This document shows positions 1-10,296 of a stretch of 64,000 nucleotides of DNA, piece after piece. The stretch comes from Candidatus Marinacidobacterales bacterium (GTDB taxonomy: Bacteria; Acidobacteriota; Vicinamibacteria; Marinacidobacterales; SMYC01). The stretch spans positions 864,001 through 928,000 of the forward strand of contig OZ250169.1 of NCBI GenBank assembly GCA_965237955.1, read 5' to 3'. Under the pieces are notes generated by a model that worked only from the letters and a program-made list of their open reading frames with translations, made no database searches and was not told the origin of the DNA. A program made the position numbers and the translations under genes. How positions within the stretch are numbered: position 1 is the first letter of the stretch; every line of letters starts with the position of its first letter.

Positions 1-2186
1 CGCCAGCCCCGACGCAAATCAATCCAAACGCGGTGCGCGAGCACTTTGGCCAACGCCCGCTCCGCGTCGCTGCGGACCACGGCCCCAGCCTCGGGACTCA
101 ACATCCAGTGCACCCGCAGCGCCGTGTTCGCACCCGTAAAACCCAAGGCCCGCTGAACACGGAAGCCAAATTCGTCATCCCGCAGACCATCCTCACCGGC
201 ATCGAGAACAGCCCGCAGGATGGCTCCACGCAGAAGAGTCACGAACAGAAAATCGTTGAAATGACCCACTTGAAGCGCCGCGTCCTGGCGGTTGTCGGTG
301 AACCCAAGCAGCTTCCGCTTGTCCTCGGGAACCGCATTGTTGGGTTGGTTCAACCACTCGAGAGCGCTCGAGACGAGAAGCGTGGTCGCCGAGCTTCGCC
401 CTTCAGCAGTAAGGCCCGCAAGCTTGCTGCGCTCGCGCATGCGGCTTGGCGGCTCATGGAGACAGCAGGCACAAAAGCCGAATTTGCCGGGGATGAACCA
501 GAAGGGCTCACCGTCGTCGTCGGGATGACCGCTACCCGCGACTCTCACCTTCCTCGGCACGCGGGTTTTCCGGTACGGCCGCAGTTTGAGTAGCTCCTTG
601 CGCTCTTCCGTCCAGCCTTCCGGAAAGTTCTCGAGCGTGCCGTCGAACCGGTAGTCCGGCTCCCCGAGACCGGCCGGCGTCAGATACCCGGCAACTTCCG
701 TATCGTCGTCTCTCTCGATTGGGATGTCTTCGATGTTGCGCGGCAGGAAGAGGACACCATCCTCCTGCTCCGTTCTCGTCACCACGTAGTACTCCTGACC
801 GCACTGGCGGCAGAAGCGAATGGGATAGAGCCGGGTTCCAGGAGCATCGGGATCCTCGAGTTGTCCCTCGAGCAGAACGGTTCGCTCCTTCAAACGCAAT
901 GTTGCGAAGATGTCACCCGCACCCGCGATGAAACGATGCAGCTTGAAGGCCATAAACGCGTGTTCGCCACTACCACCCCGGTCCTTATCAGGGAGGCTGA
1001 CGCGAGTCAGGAAGTTCTCCAGCACCTCACCGCAGCGCTTGGGGTCGATTCCGCTATCCTGGGCAAGCAACTTGGTAGCTTCGACAAAGGTTATTGGCCG
1101 TCGCCGCTTGAGAATCTGGCCATCCTCCAGACCGAGCACCAGTTCCACCCAAACTGCCAGCGGATGAGTGACGAGCTCTGCATCGGTCAGCCGTTCGGGA
1201 AGGTCTCTCTTGAGTGCATTCGCAAGCTTCGGGACAACGTCTGCGCGCGCCAGACGCTCGTCCGTGGCCCGGCGCAGCGACTCGTCGATCACTCCGTCCA
1301 GGCCGATCGCGGTTCCAAACAGACGTGAAACCACCTTCGAGACTTCCAAGGCCCGGCTGGCACCACTGCCTTCGCTGGACATCGTCGCAGAAGTCCCAAT
1401 ACAGAGTGGAGCCTTGTTAGGCGTACAGCGATCGCGTAGCCGACGAACAAGAATGGCAACGTCAGCGCCCTGGCGGCCGCGGTAGGTATGCAACTCGTCC
1501 AGGACGATGAACTCAAGCCCCCTCGCGTTCGCCATGACTTGAGAATCGACGGGGTCTTGCCGAGTCAGCAAAAGCTCCGCCATCATGAAGTTGGTTAAGA
1601 GAATATCCGGCGGATTGTCCGCGACCCGCTGGCGTTCCTCCTGGTTCTCCTGTCCGGTGTAACGCCGGACCACCGGCCTGAGATTCTCCGAAAGGCCTGA
1701 CTGGTCGATAAATTTGTTGATTTCCTTGACCTGGCTGTTAGCGAGTGCGTTCATCGGATACACGATGATCGCCCGTGTCCTCGGCGCATCGCCAGCCTTC
1801 CGCGCACGGATAATGGCATCCACGATCGGAACGAAAAAACAGAGGGATTTGCCCGAGCCGGTCCCCGTGGTCACAACGAAACTCTGTCCCGCCCGCGCTT
1901 TGGCGAAGGCCTGTCCCTGGTGCCTGTAAAATGGAAGCCGCTTCGACCCGAACGGGAAAACCTGGGCCGTTTCCGGGCAAACGTCGCCGGAGTTGAGGAG
2001 ATCGTCAGCGGTTGGCCCCGCTTCGTATCGCGGATTCAGGGAAAGAAGAGCGTCCGGCCAGAAACGGCCTTCCTTATACTCGCGTTCAATCGCCTCACGT
2101 AGGTCGGGCGCCTTGATGGTACTGAAAGACTGGGAGAATCGAGCGTAGCTCTCGACAATGTGGCGATCAAAAAGAAAGGCCTTCAT
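1..2186 (-). CDS. Large DEAD/DEAH-box helicase (DUF1998/DruE-like defence-associated type), runs off the window edge
   Basis: Manual minus-strand translation from ATG 2186 (MKAFLFDRHIVESYARF): motif I TTGTGSGKS, YPMNAL, motif II LDELHTYRGRQGAD, TSAT, CRQC, KLLGFTDNRQDAALQ. Not in the ORF track because no stop occurs inside the window. Confidence 0.85.
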   Translation of the reverse strand, partial: MKAFLFDRHIVESYARFSQSFSTIKAPDLREAIEREYKEGRFWPDALLSLNPRYEAGPTADDLLNSGDVCPETAQVFPFGSKRLPFYRHQGQAFAKARAGQSFVVTTGTGSGKSLCFFVPIVDAIIRARKAGDAPRTRAIIVYPMNALANSQVKEINKFIDQSGLSENLRPVVRRYTGQENQEERQRVADNPPDILLTNFMMAELLLTRQDPVDSQVMANARGLEFIVLDELHTYRGRQGADVAILVRRLRDRCTPNKAPLCIGTSATMSSEGSGASRALEVSKVVSRLFGTAIGLDGVIDESLRRATDERLARADVVPKLANALKRDLPERLTDAELVTHPLAVWVELVLGLEDGQILKRRRPITFVEATKLLAQDSGIDPKRCGEVLENFLTRVSLPDKDRGGSGEHAFMAFKLHRFIAGAGDIFATLRLKERTVLLEGQLEDPDAPGTRLYPIRFCRQCGQEYYVVTRTEQEDGVLFLPRNIEDIPIERDDDTEVAGYLTPAGLGEPDYRFDGTLENFPEGWTEERKELLKLRPYRKTRVPRKVRVAGSGHPDDDGEPFWFIPGKFGFCACCLHEPPSRMRERSKLAGLTAEGRSSATTLLVSSALEWLNQPNNAVPEDKRKLLGFTDNRQDAALQVGHFNDFLFVTLLRGAILRAVLDAGEDGLRDDEFGFRVQRALGFTGANTALRVHWMLSPEAGAVVRSDAERALAKVLAHRVWIDLRRGW

Positions 2187-3055
2187 CTAGCGCTCTGGAT
2201 TCGTGCCCGGGAAATGTCTCCGGGGGCATCAGGTTTTCGCCGGGTGCCGTCCCTGATTCTTAACGGATGGAGCCTACCATGGTCAGGTGAATCAGGCGGG
2301 TACTGTCACGTTTTCCACGGCCTGACGGCCACCCTGAATGAACGAAACGCGGTAGTCTCTGGAGGTGGCACCGGCTCAACACGACGCCTGAGGGAGCTCG
2401 GTTTTGACGTCACTGCCCCCAAACGCTACACCCTGAGTTTCTTATTAGTTGGCATCGAACGAGCCAGCCGACCCTGGCCCGGTCGCAAACACAGACACTA
2501 AGCTGCTGATTGATGGTCTATTTCAAAAGGGCCGAGTTTTGGCACAGGACGGGAGCGGGCGCTGACCGGGCCGTGCGGCAGCGGAAAAGAGGCCACCTGA
2601 GAGGCCCAGAATCGAGGCCAGTGCTACCGCGGCGTAGCGGGCCTAGCAAGTTCTGGTCCAGGTGCGGCCCGGTGTGCTCCGCAAAAAGTCGATCCAGCGT
2701 TGATTGCGCGGTTTATACCGGCGTTGTTGCACGGCCCGGAGCTCGCCCCGCAGTCGATTTGAGCCAGCCGTGCGCACCCCCGGTGGGCCTGTCGCTCGCC
2801 ACCCGCAGCCAAGGGTCGTAAGTCAGCCCTGCGGCGCGAAATACCCTCGATTCTGCGCGGATTCCAAGGGCGTCTAAGCTGCTGATTTGTGGTCTATTTC
2901 AAAGGAACTTACAAAGGTAGCTTGACACGCCCGTAAGCCATTGCGTTTAAGCGTCTTCCGAATTAAAGTCCGAGCACCCCACCTCTACATATAGTGGATG
3001 CGCGTTTTAGACCCTGACTACTACATATTGTGCCGACTAGCTCCGGCGTCGCGTG

Positions 3056-3328
3056 TCAAGCGCTTTTTTTCTTGCGGAGTTGCGGGAGATGGTCGGCGGC
3101 ACATTCCTCAATTTCGAAAGTTCGCACCAGTGAGCGCACTACTGCCCTCTCGATACTGGCCTTCCCGGACCTGTGCTTTATATGTTCACCTAAAGGTAGC
3201 TGGTGGAAAAGCTTACTGCCACACTTGATGATCCATTTGTGCCTGCCTTTTTTTTTGCTGTATCCAGGAAGGCATTCATCAAGCATCTTCCAGATCTTAG
3301 TGATTAGAATCTGTCCGTAGCCAGACAT
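3056..3328 (-). CDS. HicA-like small basic toxin candidate
   Basis: 90 aa, basic, KGRH...LPLGEH pattern resembling the HicA G-S-H...P-H motif; lies directly downstream of a HicB-like gene. Confidence 0.45.
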   Translation of the reverse strand: MSGYGQILITKIWKMLDECLPGYSKKKGRHKWIIKCGSKLFHQLPLGEHIKHRSGKASIERAVVRSLVRTFEIEECAADHLPQLRKKKSA

Positions 3329-3339
3329 GCGCGAAGATT

Positions 3340-3849
3340 TTACGCAGCCGTAGCGATATAATTATCGACTCGTTCAAAGGCTTGCCTGGGTTCTCTTTTA
3401 ACTGGCCTTATGGTTAAAGCGCTTTGCCAGAAATCGTCGGTATCGCGATTGAGTGGCACTGAAGGTGTTATCTCACCGCGCCGTACTGCTGCTCGGGCCG
3501 CAACCCAATCTCTCTCTTCTGGGACATTGACCTGCCTAACGAATCCGGTCACTCTGGCCTTGAAGTCTTCGAAATCGTCGGAAAGATATGACAGCTCCGA
3601 CAAAATCTGTGCCAGAGAATTCTTGAAAGCATAGTAGGATTCGTTCAATGTGTCTCCCTCATCGGCGATCCCACCCGGCTCAACTCCATTAAACGAATAC
3701 ACGACATGATCGTCCACTTCTTCCTTGATTGACATCGCCCTGCCTTTGATGTTGACCTCGGCTACGAAATCTGGACCGATCACGGTATCCTGAAACGTGT
3801 AAAACAGGGGTAATGTTTGGAGGGCATTCTCATCCATGGACAGTTCCAT
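3340..3849 (-). CDS. HicB-like antitoxin candidate
   Basis: GVEPGGIADEGDTLNESYYAFKNSL resembles the HicB PG..T.GDT.EEA motif; purine-rich RBS before ATG 3849. Confidence 0.45.
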   Translation of the reverse strand: MELSMDENALQTLPLFYTFQDTVIGPDFVAEVNIKGRAMSIKEEVDDHVVYSFNGVEPGGIADEGDTLNESYYAFKNSLAQILSELSYLSDDFEDFKARVTGFVRQVNVPEERDWVAARAAVRRGEITPSVPLNRDTDDFWQSALTIRPVKREPRQAFERVDNYIATAA

Positions 3850-3902
3850 TTCTTTTCCCTCTCTTTGGGGGAAGGGAGGATATTGCGCGCCAGGTGGACT
3901 TG

Positions 3903-4157
3903 TCAAGTATGGCTTTGGCTTGGGGCGCGGCTCCAGCGTGCTTTTGCCGCTTTCTTTGCGATGAAGGAGCGTTTGGTCGCAGAGAGCTTAGCGGCACGCG
4001 CTTTGCCTCCGGCGATAGCCCTCTCAACGACTTTCGGATCATCGGGAGCCTCCGGCGGCTCGTAAGTCTCTTCGCTTTCGCCTGCGGCGATCTTGCAGAT
4101 GTGAGCGGCGAGAGCGCCAGCTCCGACTGGACGCCATTGCCCCTGTGGTCCTCTCAT
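3903..4157 (-). CDS. Small basic protein of the type often found beside IS1595 transposases
   Basis: RGPQGQWRP...GGKARAAKLSATKRSFIAKKAAKARW signature. Confidence 0.6.
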   Translation of the reverse strand: MRGPQGQWRPVGAGALAAHICKIAAGESEETYEPPEAPDDPKVVERAIAGGKARAAKLSATKRSFIAKKAAKARWSRAPSQSHT

Positions 4158-4442
4158 CCCGTTCTTCTTGTGAAATTATGGGAATTTTCTTTTTTCGTTC
4201 TTGACAAACTCTTAAACTTAAGAGTTTCATTGTATGCCATTGTATACCATTCCATATCATTACAAGTCACATTGTGCACGTTTTCATTTCAAAGTGAGAC
4301 ACTGCCCGACCTTGCCGGCGCGATCCCCGACACCACAACATGTTGTAAAGTGCGAGGCCACAACATGTGGTGGTTTGAGGAGAAGCTGTCAAGCTACCTT
4401 TGTAAGTTCCATTTCAAAAGGGCCGAGTTTTGGCACAGGACG

Positions 4443-4586
4443 GGCTCGACCCAACGTCGCCGGTGCCGAGACTACTCGACTTGGTGCGTGAACCCTATGG
4501 AGGCCCTTACGAGGAGTGTGCCGTTAGCACCAGAGTAAACAGCGTTCGGAATGACGACCCGGACACTATTGCTCCCAGGTCGGAGA
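4443..4586 (+). pseudogene. C-terminal fragment of SRAP/YedK (SOS response-associated peptidase)
   Basis: LDP...AVSTRVNSVRNDDPDTIAP, between an A-end and an IS5. Confidence 0.6.
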
Positions 4587-5385
4587 GGCGTTGTTGCACC
4601 GCTCTGGCTGAGAGCGAAATCCGCCTATGGTGGTGGCCGAGGTATGTTCGAGCATGAAGTATCCCAAGCGCTGCCAGTACAAGCACGCGAAGCAGAAGAA
4701 GTACCACGTTCGCAACTGGGCGGAATACAACGAAGGGCTGCGCCGCCGGGGCGATTTGACAGTCTGGTTTGACGAGGAGGCAATCGCGAACTGGAAGGCC
4801 GACAAGACCGGTAAGCCTGGCGGTCAACGGGTCTATTCAGACATGGCGATTGAAACGGGCCTGGTTGTCCGGATGGTGTACAAGCTCGCCTACCGACAAA
4901 CCGAAGGCTTCTTGCACTCGATCGCCTCGCTTCTCGGGCTCGGTATCGAGATCCCGGACTACTCGACGTTGTGTCGGCGCTCGAGGTTGCTCCGCAAGAA
5001 GCTGCGGATTCCGAAAGAGCACTCAACCCATCCACCTGATGATCGATAGCACGGGCTTGAGGATTCATGTTGGAACCGCCCGCAAACCGCCAAAGCTGCG
5101 CGCATGGCGCAAGTTGCACATCGCCGTTGATCGCGAGACCGGGAACATTGTTGCGTCCGAACTGACGGCGTCACGAGCTCGCGACGCAACCCGAGTCCTC
5201 GCTTTGCTAACACAGATTCAAGCACCTCTAGTGTCGGTGGCGGCGGACAGTGCATACGACAAGGAAGCGGTCTACGAAGCCATCGAAGCGCACAGTCCTG
5301 GACGAAGGACGCGCGTGGTGGTTCCGACGCAACGAAACGCGACGCTCAGTCAGAATTCGAACACCGCCATGCAGGAGCGCGATCG
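4587..5385 (+). mobile_element. IS5-family (IS903-like) type A, frameshifted and 3'-truncated
   Basis: Left IR GGCGTTGTTGCACC; near-identical to 57722-58806; small deletion near 5017; cut by a MITE at 5386. Confidence 0.9.
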
Positions 5386-5514
5386 CGTCCTGTCCAAAAA
5401 CACAAACGAACTCAAGACTGGCGCGCCGGGCCGTCGCCGAGTTTCATCTATCATTATGATGGAGAGCGCAACCATCAAGGGCTTGGCAACGTGTTTGTGT
5501 TTTTGGACACGACG
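5386..5514. mobile_element. ~129-bp MITE derived from an integrase-core IS ('C-end')
   Basis: IRs CGTC(C/G)TGTCCAAAAACACAAAC at both ends; the interior encodes [14 protein letters not shown], a relic of the transposase C-terminus. Confidence 0.75.
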
Positions 5515-5589
5515 GCGTTGGCTATGTTGTGCAGGAGTGTTTTATCATCTGCCGAGTACCACAACCGAAAAGAAACGGAGATTGGAACA

Positions 5590-6810
5590 GTGAGCTTGAA
5601 GAAAGGCGAGCTGGTTGATTTCGAGGCTCACCTTGTCGGTCGGTCACGGAATGCCGCAAAGCCGAGGGTCAAGCGCGGCCGGAAGAGCACATTGACCGCA
5701 GACCGCATGGAGAAGCTCCTTGGGTGCGTCAGGCGCGGATTGAGTAACAAGGATGCCTGTATGGTCGCAGGTATAAGTGAGACAACATTTTACAGGTGGA
5801 TAGAAAAAGGAAAACACGCGAAGCGCGGGCTATATCGGGAATTTTGGGATTCACTCCAGGCCGCTCATGCCCACTTCCAGAAATTCCACCTCAAAGCCAT
5901 TGCGCGGAGCTCGCTGGAAGAGACGCAGAGTACCCGAGAGGTGATCGAGTACGAAGGTGGCGAGGTCGTAACCCTGCCGGACGGGAAGAGGCAGATCCGC
6001 CCTGGGAAGGTGAAGTCGGTGAGGCTAGAGATTCACACGCACCCACCGACGCCGAAGGGTTCGATGTGGCTGCTCGCGCATCGGTTCCCTGACAAATGGG
6101 GCCGGCGGCGCACAAAACTTCCGGCAGCAGATGCAAATGCATATGCAAAGATTGTGCTTTATATCCCGGACGATGGCAGGAGTCGAGATTCGCAAGTAAG
6201 CTTGAAGGAAGGCGACGTGGTTGATTTCGAGGCTCACCCTGTCGGTCGGTCACGGAATACCGCAAAGCCGAGGGCCAAGCGCGGCCGAAAGAGCAAATTG
6301 ACCACAGACCGCATGGAGATGTTCCTTGAGTGCGTCAGGTACGGATCAACCAACAAGGATGCCTGTATGGTCGCACGTATAAGTGAGACAACACTTTACA
6401 GGTGGATTGAAAAAGGAAAACACGCGAAGCGCGGGCCACATCGGAAATTTTGTGATTCACTCGAGACCGCTCTTGCCCACTTCCAGTACGTCCACCTCCA
6501 AGCCATTGAGCGGTGCTCGTTGGAAGAGACGCAGAGTACCCGAGAGGTGATCGAGTACGAAGGTGGCGAGGTCGTAACCCTGCCGGACGGGAAGAGGCAG
6601 CTCCGCCCTGGAAAGGTGAAGTCGGTGAGGCGAGAGATTCGCACGCACCCACCGACACTGCAGGGTTTGATGTGGCTGCTCGAGCGTCGGTTCCCTGACA
6701 AATGGGGCCCGCCGCGCAAAGAGCTTCCGGCAGCAGGTGCAAAGGGGAAGGCTGTGACTTATTATCTCCCGGACAATGGTAGGAGTCGAGATTCGAAGCT
6801 GAAGATCTAG
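5590..6810 (+). CDS. Tandemly duplicated HTH protein, terminase-small-subunit-like
   Basis: Two ~606-bp units (starting 5590 and 6196), each with GRKS.LT...NKDACMVA.ISETT.YRWIEKG and WLL..RFPDKWG; GTG start after GGAG. Confidence 0.55.
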   Translation: MSLKKGELVDFEAHLVGRSRNAAKPRVKRGRKSTLTADRMEKLLGCVRRGLSNKDACMVAGISETTFYRWIEKGKHAKRGLYREFWDSLQAAHAHFQKFHLKAIARSSLEETQSTREVIEYEGGEVVTLPDGKRQIRPGKVKSVRLEIHTHPPTPKGSMWLLAHRFPDKWGRRRTKLPAADANAYAKIVLYIPDDGRSRDSQVSLKEGDVVDFEAHPVGRSRNTAKPRAKRGRKSKLTTDRMEMFLECVRYGSTNKDACMVARISETTLYRWIEKGKHAKRGPHRKFCDSLETALAHFQYVHLQAIERCSLEETQSTREVIEYEGGEVVTLPDGKRQLRPGKVKSVRREIRTHPPTLQGLMWLLERRFPDKWGPPRKELPAAGAKGKAVTYYLPDNGRSRDSKLKI

Positions 6811-7040
6811 GCGTAGAGCGTCTTCTCATTGGCTGGGCAATTGGCTTGGAAAAACAGCCCGATCAACCCCGTCCTGTGCCAAAACTCGGCCCTCTTGAAA
6901 TAGACCACAAATCAGCAGCTTAGACGCCCTTGGAATCCGCCGACCCTTGGGCTGCGGGGCGAGCTGCGGGCAGTGAACTGCGCACCCGGAAGTCCCTCAT
7001 TAGGCTGGACTTTATCGAGCACAAGAGCGAACGTTCGGTG

Positions 7041-7472
7041 ATGCCGCAGGATACAGGGGTTGGCCGGAACGTCGTTTTGGACGGTTTGGACTTCGCCAGC
7101 TTACGGCGGGTCTGGGAGCAGACCTTTGGGGCTGCTCCTCCAAGCTCGCTCTCGCGTGTTTTCCTGCGCCGCGTTCTCTTGCACGAACGCCAGTGCCGGA
7201 CCCATGGCGGGCTTTCGGCCGCAACCCGGCGCGCTCTGGCCGCCATGGCGAACGAGACACCAAGCTCCGGCGCTCCCGCAGGGTCCGTTTCTGCCGGCAC
7301 CCATCTCGTCCGCGAGTGGAATGGCCGGACCTACCAGGTCGAGGTAATCGACAACGGCTATCGGTTCGATGGCAAAACCTATCCGTCCCTCACTACCATC
7401 GCAAAGCGAATCACCGGCACCCACTGGTCAGGACCACGCTTTTTCGGTCTGACGCCCAAGCGCAAGGCCTAA
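7041..7472 (+). CDS. DUF2924 domain protein
   Basis: GTHLVREWNGRTYQVEV...YPSLTTIAKRITGTHWSGPRFFGL; adjacent to a serine recombinase. Confidence 0.85.
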   Translation: MPQDTGVGRNVVLDGLDFASLRRVWEQTFGAAPPSSLSRVFLRRVLLHERQCRTHGGLSAATRRALAAMANETPSSGAPAGSVSAGTHLVREWNGRTYQVEVIDNGYRFDGKTYPSLTTIAKRITGTHWSGPRFFGLTPKRKA

Positions 7473-7473
7473 C

Positions 7474-9136
7474 ATGAAGAAGATCCGCTGTGCCATCTAT
7501 ACGCGAAAGAGTGCGGAAGAGGGTCTCGAACAGGAGTTCAACTCCCTCGATGCGCAGCGAGAAGCCTGCGCCGCGTATGTCGCGAGCCAGAAAGCGGAGG
7601 GCTGGGTGCTGCTGCCAACCGTCTACGAGGACGCGGGGCTCTCGGGAGGAACCCTGGAGCGCCCGGGCCTGCAGCGCTTGCTCGCCGACATCGACGCAGG
7701 TCTCGTCGACCAGATCGTGGTCTACAAGGTCGACCGGCTGACCCGTTCCCTCTCCGACTTTGCAAAGCTCGTCGAGCGGCTCGAGGCGGCCGGCGCGGTT
7801 TTCGTCTCGGTGACTCAGTCCTTCAACACCGCGACCAGCATGGGACGACTGACGCTGCATATGCTGCTGTCCTTCGCACAAATTCGAACGCGAGGTCACG
7901 GCCGAGCGGATCCGCGATAAGGTCGCTGCCTCCAAGCGCAAGGGACTATGGATGGGCGGCCGCGTACCGCTAGGCTATGAGAAGGACGGGCGCACGCTGC
8001 GCATCAACGAGGCTGAGGCCGAAACGGTCCGGACGCTCTATGCGCTGTACCGAAAGCACGAAACGCTCCGGCAGGTGAAGGCCGAGGCGGACCGTCTGAG
8101 ACTGCGTACCAAGCAACGCTTCGCCGCGGATGGAACCCGAACGGGCGGGCTGCCGTTCCGTCGCGGACACCTCCACTGCCTGCTGACCAATCCTCTCTAC
8201 GCCGGCCGCATCCGGCACCAGAGGCGTGTCTACGAGGGCCAGCATCCATCGATCATTGCTCCGGAGCTCTGGGACACGGTCCAAACGCAGCTGCAGGCAG
8301 GGGCTGCCAAACCAAGGAGACGCACGACGAAGGGCCGTGCAGCCCCCTCCCCACTGGCAGGCAAGCTCTTCGACGAGACCGGGGACCGGCTGACGCCGAG
8401 CCACACCAAAAAGAAAAACGGGCAACGGCTCCGCTACTACGTCTCCCGGCGCCTCATCCAGCACAGTGGCCAAAAGGACCTCTCCGGCTGGCGACTGCCC
8501 GCCCCGATGCTGGAACAGACCGTCGTGCATCTCATCCGACAGCATGTGGATGCCACGACCTTCTCGGCCTCGTTGATCCACACTCCGACGATGCAAGAGC
8601 TCGCCTCGGTGCGTCGCTTTTTAGACGGGCTGTGTTCCGGTAGCAATGATGATAGTGCCTCGGCAGCCCCCCTGCTCCGTCTTATCCGGCAGGTCGATAT
8701 CAGCCCCGGCTCTGTGTCCATCCTGCTCGACCGCAATGCGTTCGCTGATTGCCTGTCTATGGGACCTGACCGCATTCGCGAGGATGCACTCCGCATCCTC
8801 GCACCGTTCCGCTTGCGTCGACGCGGCGTCGAGACCAAGCTCGTTCTGGGCAACCCCACGAAATCCGTCGACCGCACACTCCTGCGCAATATCAGAAACG
8901 CCCTCTCCTGGCTCGACCGAATCAAAGCAGGCAAAACCTATGAGCAGATTGCCACCGAAAACGCCATCCCAACGGACCGCGTGCGCAAGGCAATCCGTTA
9001 TGCCTTCCTGGCTCCCGACATCGTCCGCGCCATTGTCGAAGGCCGCCAGCCCGTTGGGCTGACCTCGAGCTACCTCTTGCATCATCCGCTTCCCGACGAT
9101 TGGGAGAAACAGCGAGTGCTCGTCAAAACGCTGTGA
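7474..9136 (+). pseudogene. Large serine recombinase, frameshift near 7880
   Basis: CAIYTRKS, SGGTLERPGLQRLL, VYKVDRLTRS; the AQFERE motif is broken by an extra A; the second ORF has the recombinase and zinc-ribbon-like regions. Confidence 0.85.
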
Positions 9137-10296
9137 GCCTGCCAGCGCCCACTTCGTGAATGGGCTCGGTTAGCAGCAAGCTGCTCTCCGACACTGGCCT
9201 CCACCAATCAGACTCAAACTGGCCCAAATTCCCTGTCATGGTTTCCAGACTCGGATAGCTCCTTGTACTGGACCGTCTGCGGAGTCATCTTCGTTTCCTC
9301 CGTAAAACTCCGCTGGATGAATTCGAGGTTTGGCTAATTCGAATTCCGCTATTCGCCTTCTCCTCAGGCGCGATCTAGGCGTTAAGCGTCTTCTCATTGT
9401 CTGCACGATTAAGCGCAAAAACGTCCCGATAAGGCCCCAAAATCGCCCCAAACTGCACGTTAATGGCCTGTTGTGCTCTGTTTCTGATCGTTTCCAGCCA
9501 CGAACCGGAAGCTCCACTCAAGCCTCCCGACTGCGATAGCCGGAAAGATGTTCCCGTCGACGAACATTCGCTGATGAGACGTAAAGCCTTTTGCGACAAT
9601 GAGTAACGGTCGGAGCCGCCTCCGGAGGGTTTACGACACGGCCCTCTTTCAAGCGTCCAGGAGGTTGAGATTGCCGTACAAGAAATTTGATTGAAGCAAA
9701 TTCGATTCCGGCTCGGAACGAGCACCCGTCGATGAGATGTGCGGGGACCAGCACGTGGTGGCTTCCGTTAAGTCACTGTAAAAAAACAGGATAGAACGCT
9801 GTGGGCATCAGGGCTTCTCTGAGTTTTCGCTACATTGCCCCAACCACGCGCACGGCCAAAAGTTCGATCCTGACTCCCAAAATTGCCAAAATACCTTTTG
9901 CCGAGACCGGATGGCTCGAGACTGCACCATCCGCCATCCAGTCTGCCCAATTGTGGCACTGCAGAGACGGGTGAGATTTTCCGCGCGCTTGGCGGGGTTT
10001 TGCAGGATCAGGTGGCACTAGAGATGCGCTAGAAAGGCTGAACGGGCCTCATTTTCGGTTTTCGTCTCTAATCGCGATTTTCGAGTGCCACGTTTGCGCC
10101 AAAGGGGGGGAGCGGGCCGCTGACAGGGCCGTGCGGCGGCGGAAAAGAGGCCACCCGAGAGGCCCAGAATCGAGGCCCGGGCTACCGCGGCGTATCGGGC
10201 TAGCACGTTCTGGTCCAGGTGCGGCCCAGGCCTGGATCCAGACTAAGCTGCTGATTTATGGCCTATTTCAAAAGGGCCGAGTTTTGGCACAGGACG

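Larger units (their letters stand above)
2904..4410 (-). mobile_element. Non-autonomous IS1595-like cassette (no transposase) with three passenger genes
   Basis: Perfect 24-bp IRs GGAACTTACAAAGGTAGCTTGACA (2904-2927 / 4387-4410); 8-bp TSD ATTTCAAA (2896-2903 / 4411-4418); lower GC than the flanks. Confidence 0.8.

Noticed and set aside
33-2102. Plus-strand ORFs 33-593, 861-1328 and others
   Set aside because: Antisense shadows of the minus-strand helicase
5590-6810. Diversity-generating retroelement TR/VR pair
   Set aside because: Both units are coding and in frame, differences are not confined to adenines by eye, and no intact RT is present
9900-9945. tRNA-like or att sequence downstream of the recombinase
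   Set aside because: Hairpin plus CCGCCA may be a recombinase-element end, but it forms no cloverleaf and has no partner site in the window
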